A stretch of 64,000 bases of DNA from Octopus vulgaris (taxonomy: Eukaryota), in the NCBI GenBank assembly GCA_951406725.2, contig OX597821.1:86676001-86740000 (forward strand), written 5' to 3'. The notes under the pieces were generated by a model. It did no database searches. It was not told the origin of the DNA and saw nothing but the letters and a program-made list of their open reading frames with translations. Below are positions 1 to 13,900 of this stretch, one piece after another. Every line of letters starts with the position of its first letter. Position 1 is the stretch's first letter. The translations under genes were made by a program, and so were the position numbers.

Positions 1-1344
1 GCTCTTTATCTTCTGAATTCAAATCCCTCTTTAACATAGCCACAAGATCTGAAACTTCATGGAATGACGTAAGGTTACACTGACTCTAGAGCTTGGCTGA
101 TACTCTAATTTATTGACTGCAGTGAGACGAAAGGCAATGGTGACCTTGCCTGAATTTTAATTAAAACTGTAAATAGTCAGAACAAAAATTGCAAGGCATT
201 TGTCCAAACACTCTGGCCAGTCATTTTTTAGTAGGCCAGAATAAACTGAAAAAATAATTATCTGCTGTTATTCTGATAATTTATATCTATTCTACTTGAA
301 ATTAGATTAGCTGTTGTTTATTTGTTGTTGTTGTTCCACAATGTAATAGTTTGCTTTTGTTGGTTCTTTTAGCCTGATTTCACTACCAACAGACTAAAAA
401 TAAACATGAGAAAAGAGTTTAAAAGTTACATTTCAAACTTGTTCATTGTTGCAGTAGCTAAGTTATCTTGTCTGGAATAATTTATGACTGAAAAATGCAT
501 ACAAAATCATCTTTATGTCCCAGTTCTTGCATTTGATCACCACAAAGATTCACTGTCTTGCTCATCTTTTGGGAATTGTTAAAATAACTACCAATAAAAA
601 GTACCTTTGCTTTTCTTCCTTCTTCCTATTTTTTGATAAATAAAGTCAATTTAATTAACTACACCCGTCCTTCTTCAAACTTGTTTGGTGTACTAGTGTT
701 TAGAAATTATGACAATTGACTAACAGTCTCAGGGGAACCAAGGGGAAAATGTCTTACATTATTTAGTTCTGAATTTAATTTCATTAAGGTTGACTTTGCC
801 TTCCATGCTCTCTTCCAGGAGTGACAAAATATGTTCTGGAGTTAGTGTACTTGACTGTTCTCCTCAACCAAAACTTGTGATCTTGCGCATGTGTTAGTAT
901 CATCATCATCATGCACCTCTGTATTTTTCAGGTGCATGCAGCATTGCCTTTTGGGACTGTAGAAGTGTGTTTTGTATTCTACATCAGTTTTGCTTTGCTC
1001 TGTGTGTGTGTGTGGCATGTGGCAGGGGGAGTATTTCTGGTGTCAATACAGTACCTTGTTTCTTTGGGTGATGCTTGTGCTTCAGGTGTGTTGTGTTATG
1101 TCCTTTAGTGTTCAGGCAGTAATTGTGTAAAGCATGTATTGTGAGTCAGATTATAATGTCAGGTCATGATTATGCAGAGTATTTACAGTATGAGTTCTGT
1201 TACATTATAGCATGGTAGTTGTTTAAAATGTGAGTTTTGGTGTAGAGGATGTGTTTGTATAGAGCACTTGTCCTCAACCTTTTGGTAGCTCAGTACCCCC
1301 TTTCACAGAAGGGCATTTTTAGGGGACTGTACCTCTGAAAAACT

Positions 1345-1770
1345 TAAACCTTGCGTATAATAATACACCCTTTCTCTAACTTGAGTCGTGCGTAATTAAG
1401 CCAGCAGCACCTAGTCAAACAAACACTTCCGCGCATGCATAATACAATAATGGGAATGTAAATATGTTTGCAAATTGTTTTTGTTACATGTTATTCTGTG
1501 TTCTGAATACTTTTATTTTAATAAATGTTGCTTACTGCAAGTTATGGATGATTCTTTTATGACTTCATTGCTTTCAGGCTTAGCTTAAGGTATTTTCACG
1601 CCCAACATCACAAAATGCATCTGAATAAACATTGCCGGACAGCAAATAGAGACTCGGACATTGCTTAGAAAATATTTTTCATTTTTAACCTCGTATATAG
1701 TATACACTAAGTATTTTGACCTTTAAATTTTGGGGGGAAAAATGCGGATTATACTCGAGGATTTATGGTA
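1345..1770. mobile_element. Degenerate Tc1/pogo-type non-autonomous element
   Basis: Right end ...ggattatactcgaggatttatggta; the same end motif recurs at about 42950-42975. The left end is only weakly recognisable. Confidence 0.35.
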
Positions 1771-2789
1771 ATTCTTTTGAAATACTCTGAAAGACAAAGC
1801 AAACTAAGCCTTTCTTGTGGTCCATGTTGTTTTGAAAGTAAAAGTACAGTACCTTCTTTGCAGCTAAGAACTAATGCAGGGAAATAAATCCATAGCCTCT
1901 CCAGACATGCAGTTGTTGTCTCATGACCCATTTATTTGAGCTGAATGTCAATAGCTTTTGTTGATGGAATGCCAACATTTGTTGATGGCACAAAGCAGGC
2001 ATTCCATTGGAAATAGTTGACATAATTGCAATGTTATGATTGATTGCATGGTTTCAAATTTTACCTTTAGATCAAGGTATATTTACATTAGTGAACTTAC
2101 TAACAAAATATTCCTTGCTCTGAGTAACTAGGCCATTGCTCTTGATAGCTAGTTCAATTTTTAAGTATCATGGTCTACCACGTTATCCGGTTTGAAGAAT
2201 GCTTCAAGGACTTTATGGTTAACCAACTTATTGAATAAACTGCCAACTTTCTCACATTAACAAAGCTTCTATATATTTCCTCTATCCAACAATGCAACAA
2301 GTGCCTATAGATTGAAACTCTTCATGATTATTTTGAAAGATCTAAGTTGTTGCTGATGCCCAGATATCTTGATTGAACATACCAACATCCTCATTATGTG
2401 GGGTCTCACTATGTCTGTCCAACATTGTTTACTTAGGACTACATTATCTGATGTTTACTTTCTTTTTTAAGACTGTAGCATGTGATTTGAGAGAAATTTG
2501 GCTGCTCTTTCTTGCAGATAATGTAACAACAGATACGCCACTTAGTTTGAAACATCAGTTTCACATTATAGTTGTTTTAGCTGACATGACCATTATAATA
2601 TGTGGTTGTTAGCCTAATTACTTCTGACTTGGTACTTTAGTTTTGGATATGAAGCAAGATGAATAAATAAATGCTTTTGTAACAGAACACAGTTCAGTGC
2701 CAGGGTTCATATAAAATATTTTGGCCTTTAGATCTGTTGTCTAATACATTAGTCATTTGTAACTGTCAATAGCTGGAAATATTTTTTAG

Positions 2790-3050
2790 CGCCGCCTTGA
2801 CTGGCTTCTGTGCCGGTGGCATGTAAAAAGTACTAACCGATCGTGGCCGCTGCCAGCCTTCCCTGGCACATAATAAGCACCCACTACACTCACGGAGTGG
2901 TTGGCGTTAGGAAGGGCATCCAGCTGTAGAAACACTGCCAGATCAGACTGGAGCCTGGTGCAGCCTCCTGGCTTCCCAGACCCCAGTCAAACCGTCCAAC
3001 CCGTGCTAGCACGGAAAATGGACTTTAAATAATGATGATGATCATCATGA
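2790..3050 (+). mobile_element. (GAT)n-tailed RTE-LINE 3' end (family C)
   Basis: GGTTGGCGTTAGGAAGGGCATCCAGCTGTAG...CCGTCCAACCC...gatgatgat; many copies occur in this window. Confidence 0.8.
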
Positions 3051-3799
3051 TGATCTTGAGAATTCCAGTCAACCAAAATTGTTACTCACATCAGTCATGA
3101 AGTGTCTTTTTTGACAATATGTTTTTGCTTTTGAAGTCACATTCAAAGAACTTTTCAAAATGTTTCTGGTGACAAATATCTTGTTATTTTCCTTTCAAAG
3201 AGAAATATGGCTTCTGCAAAAGTAGATGTACTATTTTATAAGGGACTTTTGTAAATAAATGATTTTAGGTTATTACTAGTATTTGTCAATTGTATTGCAA
3301 CATAAGGTAGAGGGGATCTGGTTAGATTTGAACTAAGAACAATATTGAATTAGGTGTAGTAGTCTGATATTGCTTCAGTCATTAAGCATCTGATGTATCA
3401 TAGTGTACTGAAAAATGCTAATATTCTTGTAATGTCTTTAGTATACTGCCAAGATCAGTAAGATAGGTACCAAATTATATACTTATTGATTCAATGCATT
3501 TTTTGCTTTTAATACCCATCTTGTTCTCCTTAAAAACCTTTTCATGAAAATCTGAAGTAAATTCTTCATCATCATCATTTCATATCCATTTTCTACGCTG
3601 ACATGGGTTGAACAGTTTGACAGGAGCTGGTGAGCAAAAGGACTGCACCAAGTGTTATTGTCTGTTTTGGCTCAGTTTCTATGGCTGGATGCCCTTCCTA
3701 AATCCAACTACTTTAAAGAGTGTACTGGGTGAACTCTCACTCTGTAAACATTCCCTCTTGTATTATAGTAATTTTTTTTTTCCTTTTTCCTTCTTACAG

Positions 3800-3961
3800 G
3801 CAAAGACCCTGATGATAATTATCTGAATGATATGGTAAATGATGCTACGGGCCCCATCAATTTCACTCTGTTTCTTACCATGTTTGGAGATAAGTTAAAT
3901 GGAACAGATCCCGAGGATGTGATAAAGAATGCATTTGCTTGTTTTGATGAGGATGGAACTG
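3800..3961 (+). CDS. sqh: Non-muscle myosin II regulatory light chain, internal coding exon (162 nt, phase 1-1)
   Basis: Polypyrimidine tract and ttacag acceptor, g|gtaag donor. Translates to (G)[53 protein letters not shown](G), closely matching the MYL12/MYL9/sqh segment [33 protein letters not shown]. Confidence 0.96.
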
Positions 3962-5203
3962 GTAAGCTTTACTCGTGCTCTTTTCACAGTAAATAAATAT
4001 TGAGTTTATGTTTGAGTGTCTTCACACAAGTAACTCTATGTTGGGGGGAGGGGGGGATTTTCATTTATATATTCTAGGCATTTATTTCTTTGTTTTATAT
4101 ATTTTTCTCATATGCTGCACTATTTAATGTTGAAAACATGCATTGCATTTGCATTATTTAGTTGCACATGTATTGTGTACCACTTTTCAGCTGTACCAAA
4201 ATCTTTCCTCTGTTGTTTGCAAATGAATACTAGTAAATCTTAGAGAATACTCAGTTACCAGACACTCTAATGACTTGACCTGGTTGGTTACGGGAATTAC
4301 GTTTGTTTTGTGTTATTTGTTTGTTTTTTGGGGGGTTTTTTGTCAGAAATGCAATTAAATTAATGTGTTTTATTTTTATCTTCTATTTTTCTTAATATTT
4401 ATTATGACTATAGGAAAAATAATTCAGTGTTTATATTTAATTCCATACTTTCTGCTTGTTAGAAAGAATCTTTAATCAAACCAAAGAGAAAATAAATAAA
4501 TATAATAAAAGTGAACAGCTTGTTCAAATATAATTAATTTATGAAAGTCAAATTTATATAGCGGAGAACTGTAAAGGGAAATAAAAGATCTTTCTTTTAG
4601 AGACAGTAGTGCCATATATGAAATGTAGCTTTTAATGAAGTGGTTTTTTGTTTTGACGCAGTTAGTCAAAGGAAAAGCAATTTATTTAGCATTTAAAAAA
4701 AAAAAAAGACAGTAATATAGTGAGGTTTGTACTGTTTGCCTAAATATATGTATATAGATATTTGTATGTGCATAAATGTTGAGACGTGTGTGTTTGTGTG
4801 TGTAAAGATTTGTGTTTGTGCATTTGTATAAATGTATCATAGTCATCTCTTTTACATTCTTCAGCTGATTAATCGGTTGTAAGATTATCATGTTACTTGA
4901 GATTTCATGATCAAGGATACCATTAGTGGGTGGCCCTCAGATAGGACCTGTGAGGTTTAACTTCTCTGCTGGTCACAACCTCATGTGGAGTTAAAGAAAG
5001 CACTACAGAAACTCACAAACAGTTTCTCAGTGTATTGCTCCTGCCTACAACAAGGAATTGATGTTGCTTTATGAAACATACTTTCAGCTTCTAGAGAGCT
5101 GGCCACAGGTGCAAGATATGAACCAATAACCTTTTGGCTGGCTAGCAGGCTGTCTAGTGCCCAATTATAATCATGTGTGTGTATTTACATATACATGCAT
5201 ATA

Positions 5204-5572
5204 TACTCTTTTACTCTTTTGTTTCAGTCATTTGACTGTGGCTATGCTGGAGCACCGCCTTTAGTCAAGCAAATTGACCCCAGGACTTATTCTTTGTAAA
5301 CCTAGTACTTATTCTATTGGTCTCTTTTTGCTGAACCACTAAGTTACAGGGACGTAAACACACCAGCATCTGTTGTCAAGTGATGTTGGAGGTGGGGACA
5401 AACACATACACATATATATACGACAGGCTTCTTTCAGTTTCCGTCTACCAAAGGATTTGGTCGACGCGAGGCTATAGTAGAAGACACTTGCCCAATGTGC
5501 CACGCTGTGGGACTGAACCCAGAACCATGTGGTTGGTAAGCAAGCTACTTACCACACAGCCGCTCCTACGCC
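5204..5572 (-). mobile_element. tRNA-derived SINE, family A
   Basis: Minus strand begins GGCGTAGGAGCGGCTGTGTGGTAAG (A-box-like) with GGTTCAGTCC (B-box-like) and ends in an AAAAGAGTA repeat tail; more than 10 copies in the window. Confidence 0.85.
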
Positions 5573-6208
5573 TACGTAGTATATGTGCATCAATGAAAAT
5601 TCAATAACAACCCGTATAGGATATGATTTCATATAATATCTATAAGAAATTAGGTCTAGGTTTGCAGTCCCAAACACTAACTAGAACCAAGTTGAAATCC
5701 TTCAGTTTCTCCATCTGTGTTCTCCCTTTGGTTTATAATCCCAAACTTGTTTTAGAGCAAGACTGAAAGTACTTTTACATTCCTTTGTGTGTGTATAAAT
5801 GAGAGTGATGGGTTTGTATTGGAAATATGATGTGGTTTGCATTATTAATATCTGTATTTATCTTTCAAACTAGTTTGTTGAATTAAGTTTCCTACATAAG
5901 TCATCTGATGATTGATAATTTGGTAGAGAACTATTTAAGGTGCACAAATACTTGAAACTGAAATGGTCTTCATAGGTCATTGTTTGTTAGGCTTGGCTGA
6001 TGGAGTGGAAGATATGTGGTACTTGACAGCCACTCATCTATGCTAAAAACTATTTTAGTTTCATCAGTTTATGACTACCTTAAGAAACTACAAGAGAATA
6101 TTATAAAGTTTAGCATGAGAAAATCTTGGAGGCTAGTAGTGTTCCTTTAAATATATAAAATTAGGGTACCATGGAGGAACAAATATCATCATCATCATCA
6201 TCGCTTAA

Positions 6209-6416
6209 TCCTTTAGCATTCAGATTATTCTGTCAAATGTAATGCTTATTTATTTACATTGTTTAGAATTATTCATCAATTATCTAATAACTTCGAGGTT
6301 TTGATAATGTGACTTTATTTTTAGAATGACTTTGTAGGTCAGGTCTAAGAGGCCAGATCTAGTTTGTTTGAACCTGAAACAGGTAGAATATTTTGGCCAG
6401 TTTAAATGCTAAAGGG
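6209..6416. mobile_element. piggyBac-type MITE nested in a family C repeat
   Basis: TTAA at 6205-6208 and 6417-6420; TIRs tCCTTTAGCATT / AATGCTAAAGGG. The flanks rejoin as catcatcatcgcTTAAcatccgttctccatgc, the family C tail. Confidence 0.8.
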
Positions 6417-7077
6417 TTAACATCCGTTCTCCATGCTTACTTGGGTTGGACGGTTTGACTAGAGCTGGTAAGTTCTATTATTTGTTTTGGTATGGTTGGA
6501 TGCTTTGTTTGTGGCACCAGCATTGGTGGGGTCACCCAAGCACCTTGCAATGCAACTAGGGGAAGTAGTATTGAGGGAGGTGGTTTTATGCTTGTTGATG
6601 AGAGATTAAAAGAGTAATAGAGGCACTTGCATAGCTATATAGTGTTCCACCTGGGACGGTCCTTCTGTTTGCCACCCCTGGACCCCATAAATAAACACAT
6701 TGCTCACAGCGGACCCAAAAGTGCCACCTGGGGCGAACCACCACTACTCCCCCTCCTCTCAGCTACGCTAGTGAATAGAGGGATAGAGATAGGTGTCTTG
6801 CTTGTAGAAGAGATGCAAGAAGGAAGAAGGGGGCTTACAGAGAAGGATAGGGATGAAGAGGGTGGAAGAGATGTTGGTGGTGGATATGTGTAAGGAAATC
6901 CCCTCAAAGTGCAGTGAAGGAAAATATAGGACTGGGGGAGCAGACACGGGGGAAAATTTCACAAGAATATGAAGGGAGATGGTTAAAAGGGATAGAGGTG
7001 GCTGTAATAATCAAAGGGGCTTTTATATATACATATGCATCACTGTATTGATCAAACTAGTGAGTGTTGCTAAACCC

Positions 7078-7313
7078 CGCTGGTCACAATGTGCTTCCTG
7101 ACATTGTTGCAGCTTTCAAATGATGCCACACCAACATGCCCCCTAGACAGAATGCCAGTCTATCACAATGTTACTTGTTTATAGCTGAGTGAACTGGAGC
7201 AATGTGGAATAAAGTGTTTTGCTCCGGAACACGATACACTGCTGGCCTGGGAATCAAAACCACTATCTTGAAATTGTGAGTGCAGCACCCTGACTACTAG
7301 ACCCTGTGCCTTC
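7078..7313 (-). mobile_element. tRNA-derived SINE, further family (degenerate)
   Basis: Minus-strand tRNA-like head (…TCTAGTAGTCAGGGTGC…GGTTTTGATTCC) followed by a gtgttccggagcaaaacacttta core; related pieces at about 18070-18126, 29545-29660 and 57520-57640. Confidence 0.55.
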
Positions 7314-7344
7314 ACACACACACGCATATGTATATATATATATA

Positions 7345-7572
7345 TTTCTTTATTGCCCACAAGGGGCTAAACATAGAGGGGACAAAGAAGGACAGACAAA
7401 GGTATTAAGTCAATTACATCGACCCCCCCAGTGCGTAACTGGTACTTAATTTATCGACCCCGAAAAGATGAAAGGCAAAGTCAACCTCGGCGGAATTTGA
7501 ACTCAGAACGTAAAGGGCAGAAGAAATACGGCAACGCATTTCGCCCGGGCGTGCTAACGTTTCTGCCAGCTC
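7345..7572 (-). mobile_element. SINE family B, tail type 1
   Basis: Minus strand GAGCTGGCAGAAACGTTAGC...GAGTTCAAATTCC...CTTTCATCTTTTCGGGGTCGATAAATTAAGTACCAG...CCCCTTGTGGGCAATAAAGAAA. Confidence 0.85.
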
Positions 7573-8235
7573 ATATATGGAAATGATACTTGTGTCTGTT
7601 CATTTAAGCAAGTGTTGATGTTCTCAATTTTTGTCCAGTCTCGTTAGCTATATTACTTTCAGTCAGAAGAACAGTACTGCCAACTGAAACCCATGTACTG
7701 TGATAAATCGCTGCTTAATCTCCTTAAAGTCTTAGGAAAGGCTAACTTTGCCGCTAATGGTTTTTGGAAAATAAATTACTACTATAACCTGATAATAATC
7801 AGTCATAAATGTTCCTGGTTAAAATATCGATTTGAGAAGTGATATTGATATGCAAAAAGTCATACTTGTTAAACTGATCAGGAGGATAATATTAGGTTGC
7901 ACAAGCATATCTTCTTTGATTTTCTTCTTTTTGAATTAAACTTTATTTAGAATCTGTTTTGTAATTAGCAATTTTGTCACAATGATGTGCAAGTTCAATG
8001 TGTATGTGTGTTTTTTTCTGCTCAAGTTTATTGAAAGAAATATTAATATGGGGATGACTTGCTCAAATTCTCAGATGGCAAATTAAAAGTTCTTGTGTCT
8101 TGGGAGGGTCAATACACCAATAACAACACAACCAAATACAAAAGCAAAGTATACACACATACATACACACACACACACACACATGTGCATGTATGTATAT
8201 GTATGCACATATAAATTAGTAATCTTTATTGTGGA

Positions 8236-8274
<39 letters not shown>

Positions 8275-10194
8275 TGCACACAGACACGAAAATTAAAACT
8301 AAATACTATAACAGACCTGACAAATGAAATATCTGAGATTCTTTACTGAAGGGAGAGAGTAGGGTTTTAAACAATGTTTACTTTCATGAAGGTTGGTGAA
8401 TAACTCTATTCTAGGGATGGAAGTTCTTTCAAAAGGACAAGTTTTTACAAATTATTTCCTTTTTTTTTTTTTCTTCTATTAATGTTGAATTTCTTCTACA
8501 TCACAGTCGTACATATATCCAACCTTCTTCTTACTCCAGTCTTGCTTCTCATGCACACACACACACAATCACACACACACACACACATCTGTCTACCAAC
8601 ATTTTTCTTCATCTCCCTTATCTCATACTTCAAAAACCACTCCTCTTTTTCTCTTCCTCTCACTTCTCTCTGATCCCTTTTTATTCTCTTTAATCTCCCC
8701 TATCACTCTTTACTCATCTCTTATTTTTGTCATGGGGAGGGCTCCCTTCCTCTTCTCTCCAAATTCTGTCTTCTCATTCTTTTACACTGCTTCTGTTACT
8801 TCTCTCACTCCTCATAATTCTTAAGGTGTAAAATCTATAATTAGAAGAAATAACGTAATATCTGTATAATCAAACTTTACCTTTTTCGGGTTTTTTTTGT
8901 CTAATTTCCAGTTTGCACTTTCCTTACATCAGCTTCAATTGTAAACTGGGTCAATTTATTCCATTTCAATGTTTTTTGACTAACCATGTTAGTTTCTTTG
9001 ATCTTATTAGTAGTGGCAGCAAGAGATAAAAATTGTCTTAGATTTCCTCTCTTCCAAAGAGGATCAGTAATATCAGGTCCACAGTTTGGTTAATAATTTT
9101 GATCATGATTAAAAACCTGTGTCCATTTTAACTTTTATCTTGTTTTCAATTAGGTTCAGTTTATCAAATCTGTTACATTTTATTTCTAGTTTGTAATTTA
9201 TACATTGATCTATTTATTTTTATTTTAGAATGAAATTATTCAAACTGACCCACCCAGGTATATTTCCTGACTAGATTTGAGTGATATTTTGAGTGTTAAA
9301 ACATTTTACCGTGTTCTTCCTATCGTTCAAGTACTAATCAAATGCTTCTATTTAAAATGCATGATTTCTTAAAATTTAAAATCCTCCCCACTGTAGAATA
9401 TGTCATCAGTTTTTTATAGTCTTCAAGTTTAAGAAACCAACTAAACATATAAATAAACCCTTAACATTATTGATGTTATTGTGTGGGATTTTTCTTTTCT
9501 TTTAAAAAGAGTTTTGAAAATGTTTACATAGTCTGTGCTTGAAGATGTTCAGTTAAAACAAAAAAAAATTTACCAAATGCATGCAGTGTTTTCTGTTGGT
9601 AATATTTATTAGGATGACTAGAATGTTTAGTTTCTGAACTTACTTAAGTAATAAACTACTGATTATAAAATTAGAAGGCAAGTTGAAACCTTACCTCAAT
9701 TGCTGCAAGATGTCTCATGACAGGGCAACACTATCCTGTCCTGCTCTCATATTATGGTTAAATAGTCAAACATTGAAGGACCTACAGTTCTTTAACCATT
9801 TGTGTCAATGATTCCAATGCAAACTATTTAATTTTCCTCTAAAAATAAAAATGGGGTAACGTTCACTCATGATATATTGTAAAATGACTAGATATATTCA
9901 TTTTATGTCTGTGTGAATATAGTCATATATTCACATAGATGTATAAACCCACTCACACATACATATATATACTTAATTCATTTATAGATAATGAACTAAA
10001 TTAATACAACTTTACGATTATTATTGATATCATTTGCCATGTCATCATCCAAAGTTATAAACTAGAATATCAGTTTGTACATGCAAGTCTCTTGTTGCTT
10101 GCTAACATAAATGCAGTAAACCAGTGACTGACTCATTGGAAGCCTATAAACAATTATTCTATTGTTAATCAAATATGTTATAATTTTTTTTAAT

Positions 10195-10525
10195 GCTGTG
10201 TGGTTAAGAAGTTAACTTTGCAACCATGTGGCTTCTAGTTCAGTTCCACTGCATGGTGCTTGGAACAAGTGTCCTACAACTTTGGGCCAACCAATGCCTT
10301 GTGAATGAATTTATTAGATGGAAATTGTGTGGAAGCCTGTGATGTGTGTGTGTGTGTGTGTACACATACACACACACACAGTCACTGCTTGACAACTGGT
10401 GTTAGTTTGTATCCCTGCGACTTGGCAGTACAGAATAAGTACCTGGGGATCAATTTGTTCGCCTAAACCTTTCAAGGTGGTGGCCCAGCTTGGCAATAGT
10501 CCAATGACTGAAGCAAACAAAAATT
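10195..10525 (+). mobile_element. SINE family A (diverged, internally deleted)
   Basis: gctgtgtggttaagaag...agttcagttccactgc head and ...aatgactgaagcaa tail. Confidence 0.7.
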
Positions 10526-10686
10526 TGAAAAAAAAAATAATAATTTAGCTGTTACACTTGACTGATTTATTCTCACTAGAAAGATATACAAGAGTACCTG
10601 ATTTGCACTCATGAAATGCTCCACAGGTGATATAAAATTACAGGACAAAATTGAAACTTTGAAACTTAGAGGTGGAACCATTATCT

Positions 10687-10688
<2 letters not shown>

Positions 10689-10718
<30 letters not shown>

Positions 10719-11290
10719 TTAATGTCCATTGTTCATGCTGGCATGGGTTGGTTGGTTTGACTATGGCTGGCAAGCTGGAAGATGCACCAGACTCCAGTCT
10801 TATTTGGCATGGTTTCTACAGCTGGATGCCCTTCCTAATGCCAACCAGTCTGAGAGTATAATGGGTGTTTTTATGTGCTACCAGCATGACACCAGTACCT
10901 GTCATGACTATGATTCTACTTGGCTTGATGGGTCTTCTTCTCAAGCACAGCATAATGCCAAAGGCCTCCATGAGGCCCAAAACTCAAAAAGTGCTTTTCA
11001 TGTGCCACCAGCACCTTGCTCCCTGAGGCCCAATGCTCAAAAGGTGTTTTTTTTTATGTGCCACTAGCACAGGTGCCAGTTACATGACACCAGCGTCAGC
11101 CACAACCACAATTTCATTTGACTTTTGGGGTCTTCTGAAGCACAACATACCTTGGCCTTGGTCACTAGTCATTGCCTTTTCGAAACCCAAAGTTCAAAGA
11201 TCATGCTTCACCATCTCACCCTATGTTTTCCTGGGTCTACCTCTACCACAAGTTCCCTCCACAATTAGAGATTGACACTTGTTTACTACA
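10689..11290 (-). mobile_element. 5'-truncated RTE LINE: family C 3' UTR plus ORF2 C-terminal remnant
   Basis: (CAT)n tail and family C body. The minus strand of about 11155-11280 reads CQSLIVEGTCGRGRPRKT*GEMVKHDL*TLGFEKAMTSD, the RTE ORF2 C-terminal GRGRPRKTW motif. Confidence 0.8.
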
Positions 11291-12299
11291 GCTGTGCTTC
11301 CCCACAACACCGTAAAAGATTAAGCAAAAGCTAGTGACTTCCATCTTCTTCTGTGGTAAACTTTGGTTGTGTTGACAGCAAGTTATCACTCTTCTCTTTG
11401 GCAACATCCACTGCTGACTGGTGATTATTTTGTTCATTGAAACCCAGCAAGACTCAGGGTCCCTTTTATTGCAGATTTACCAGATTGGATCTCATTTCCA
11501 AGATTTGATGTAGCATGTTACTATTTAACTATTTTTACTACCCTAACATGTTGGATATGAAGTGTTTCTTTGAACTTTCTTTTAATTCTTCTTCACCATC
11601 TGTGTTATTAGCTAATGTTGTTGTAGATTATCATATTTGTACTCTCTCTCTCTCTCTCTCTCTTTTTAGTGTTAATTCTTTGAGCAACATACATAGCTTG
11701 CTCCAGTCTGCCTGATTGACAAAAGCAAGTAATATTCCCTACATCACAACTGAGTTGTTAGTAACATTGAGAGTATGTAGCCAGAAGTTGGTGGGAAGGG
11801 TTCCTTGCTGTGTCTTGCAGATGTGCTTAGAGGTGGGTAAATAGTTATGTATTAAGATACCTGAAGTATATCAGCGACATGATGACCTTACTGTCTGAAT
11901 ATCAATTTGATGTTGAGCCAGTTATGTATTTTAAATGACCTGCTATCTTATACACCCCCAACTAACCTGACACCTATGGTTAATTATGATAGTGCAAGAG
12001 TTCTACCATGTTTCTAGTAAAATAAATATTATTACTTCCCTTTTAAGCTATTCTTAATTGTTTATGAAACTTTGTGATAAACTAGTTTATTTTTTCTGTC
12101 AGAACGCAAGAACCTTGCAAGTTATATGACAAATTAATGCAAAAACGAGGGATTCCATTTATCTTGAAATCTGTTATATGTTCATTCATCTGTGAGAATA
12201 AAAATATGTTGTAACTATTCTCTTTTACTAGACCCAATTATGAAAGCGGTGGAGAGAGTTATAGCAAACTAATAAGAGAGAAAACTCATTTGGATTAAA

Positions 12300-12661
12300 C
12301 TAGCAGTATCACCCAGCGTTGCTTGGGTTTGTAAGGGAAATAACTATATAAGCATTTTTAGAGAGTTATAGCCAAAAAATAGCAAAAAAATGCATTAAAA
12401 ATGGAAAAAAAATTATGGTAAATTTTTTTTAAATCGTTGACTCAACGTAGACATTTTTAGAGAGTTACTTCCCTTATATAATAGCGAAAAAAATGATGGT
12501 AAATTTTTTTTTAAATTGTAGATTCATTGTAGATGCGCGCTAATACCCAGAAGGGCTCGATATGAATCACGACTATAAGATACTGCACCGCAAAATGTGG
12601 GAGTAGTTAGGAATCTAAATCGTAGGAGACAGACACACAACTTGACTTTTATATATAAAGA
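12300..12661 (-). mobile_element. Non-autonomous Helitron
   Basis: Minus strand A|TCTTTATATAT...hairpin...ATACTGCTAG|T: 5'-TC, 3'-CTAG, subterminal hairpin, A/T target and no TSD. Confidence 0.85.
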
Positions 12662-13319
12662 TGTTGTTTGGATTTGTGCTAAGACCTGGGACCTCTGCCT
12701 ATGCCCCCTTTTTGTTAAGGAAACTACAAGAGATGTTCTTAAAGAAAAGAAACGACTGTCTATGACATTTCTTAACATGGACAACACCATTGAAAGGGCA
12801 CTGTACTTCTTTGTCTCAAGATATAGAAACAGCTTGAGAGAGGCATGCATGCCATATACAGAAGTGCTGCAAGTAAGAATTAGCAATGAGCTTAGCAAAG
12901 AAGGTAAATGTCAAGGTAAAGAGCTTGTTTCTCAGCTTTAATTTGTTTGTTATATATTTCCATTCAAAAGAAGCTGTCAGTGAGAACTTATGTTTGCCAA
13001 TATATTCTCAAATGAATCAGTTGAAGAATTATAGAGAAAATCCCAATATAGAAGTAGGACCTAGAATTGAGAGGCCAAATAGTCAACTCGGTAAAGGTGA
13101 ACATTTTAGTTAACTGAAATGAAAATAGAACACTGCTACCCACTGGGAAGTGGCTATATTTGATACACAGAAGGATGTGGATAGAAAGTATATACCATAT
13201 ACCAAGTACATATAGTGAGTACAGGAAAGGTGTGGTGAAATATCAAGCAGGCTGACAGAGAAGGGTTTCATATGTAATAGATGCACATGAATGGTTAACT
13301 GAAGAACAAACACCCAAGA

Positions 13320-13900
13320 AATTAATTCTTTCAACTGCCTAGAAGGCTCTCTAGATAGCTTCTGTTACCCAGATGATCTAATCAGTGCTGGAGGTGGATG
13401 TTACAGAGATGCAGTTACCAGGCTTAAGGGAGCTTTTGCCTTTGTTGACAACAAAGGACTTCTTTCTTTGAATGAAGGGGGCAGATTGTACGATTCCTGT
13501 ATATGAAGTGTCATATTGCATAAGAGCGAAAGATGGGTGCTGAATGTGGAAGATATACAAAGACTAGAAAGAAAATTAGATGAGTATGCCCTGCTGGATG
13601 TGTAATATTAGCATGGCTGAATGACAAGGAACGTGTGTACATAAAGAGTAACCCAGCATTAGAGGCATTGGCTATAGTTGCAAGTGAGGAGACAGTTCTA
13701 GTATAGATATGTGATGAGTGTGAATGATGATATTTGGGTGAAAAAATTATTGAACAGCGCAAACAGAATGAGCTGGATGGAAAGAAGGTAAGAAACAGTG
13801 ACAAGGTCTAATGTCACAAAGGAAATGTTTGGGGACCACAGCAGGTGGATAGACATTGTGTTGAAAACTAATTCATCTAACCCATGCTGTATGAAAAAGT
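13320..13900 (+). mobile_element. Highly decayed RTE LINE RT/C-terminal fragment
   Basis: About 13480-13540 reads GRLYDSCI*SVILHKSERW (RTE consensus-like GRLY..CVRS..LYGSETW), followed by a ...WMCN-like remnant. Confidence 0.55.

Noticed and set aside
1-3799. N-terminal RLC exon (RATSNVF phosphorylation site and EF-hand 1)
   Set aside because: Not found by eye; it probably lies upstream of the window. A tBLASTn search would settle this.
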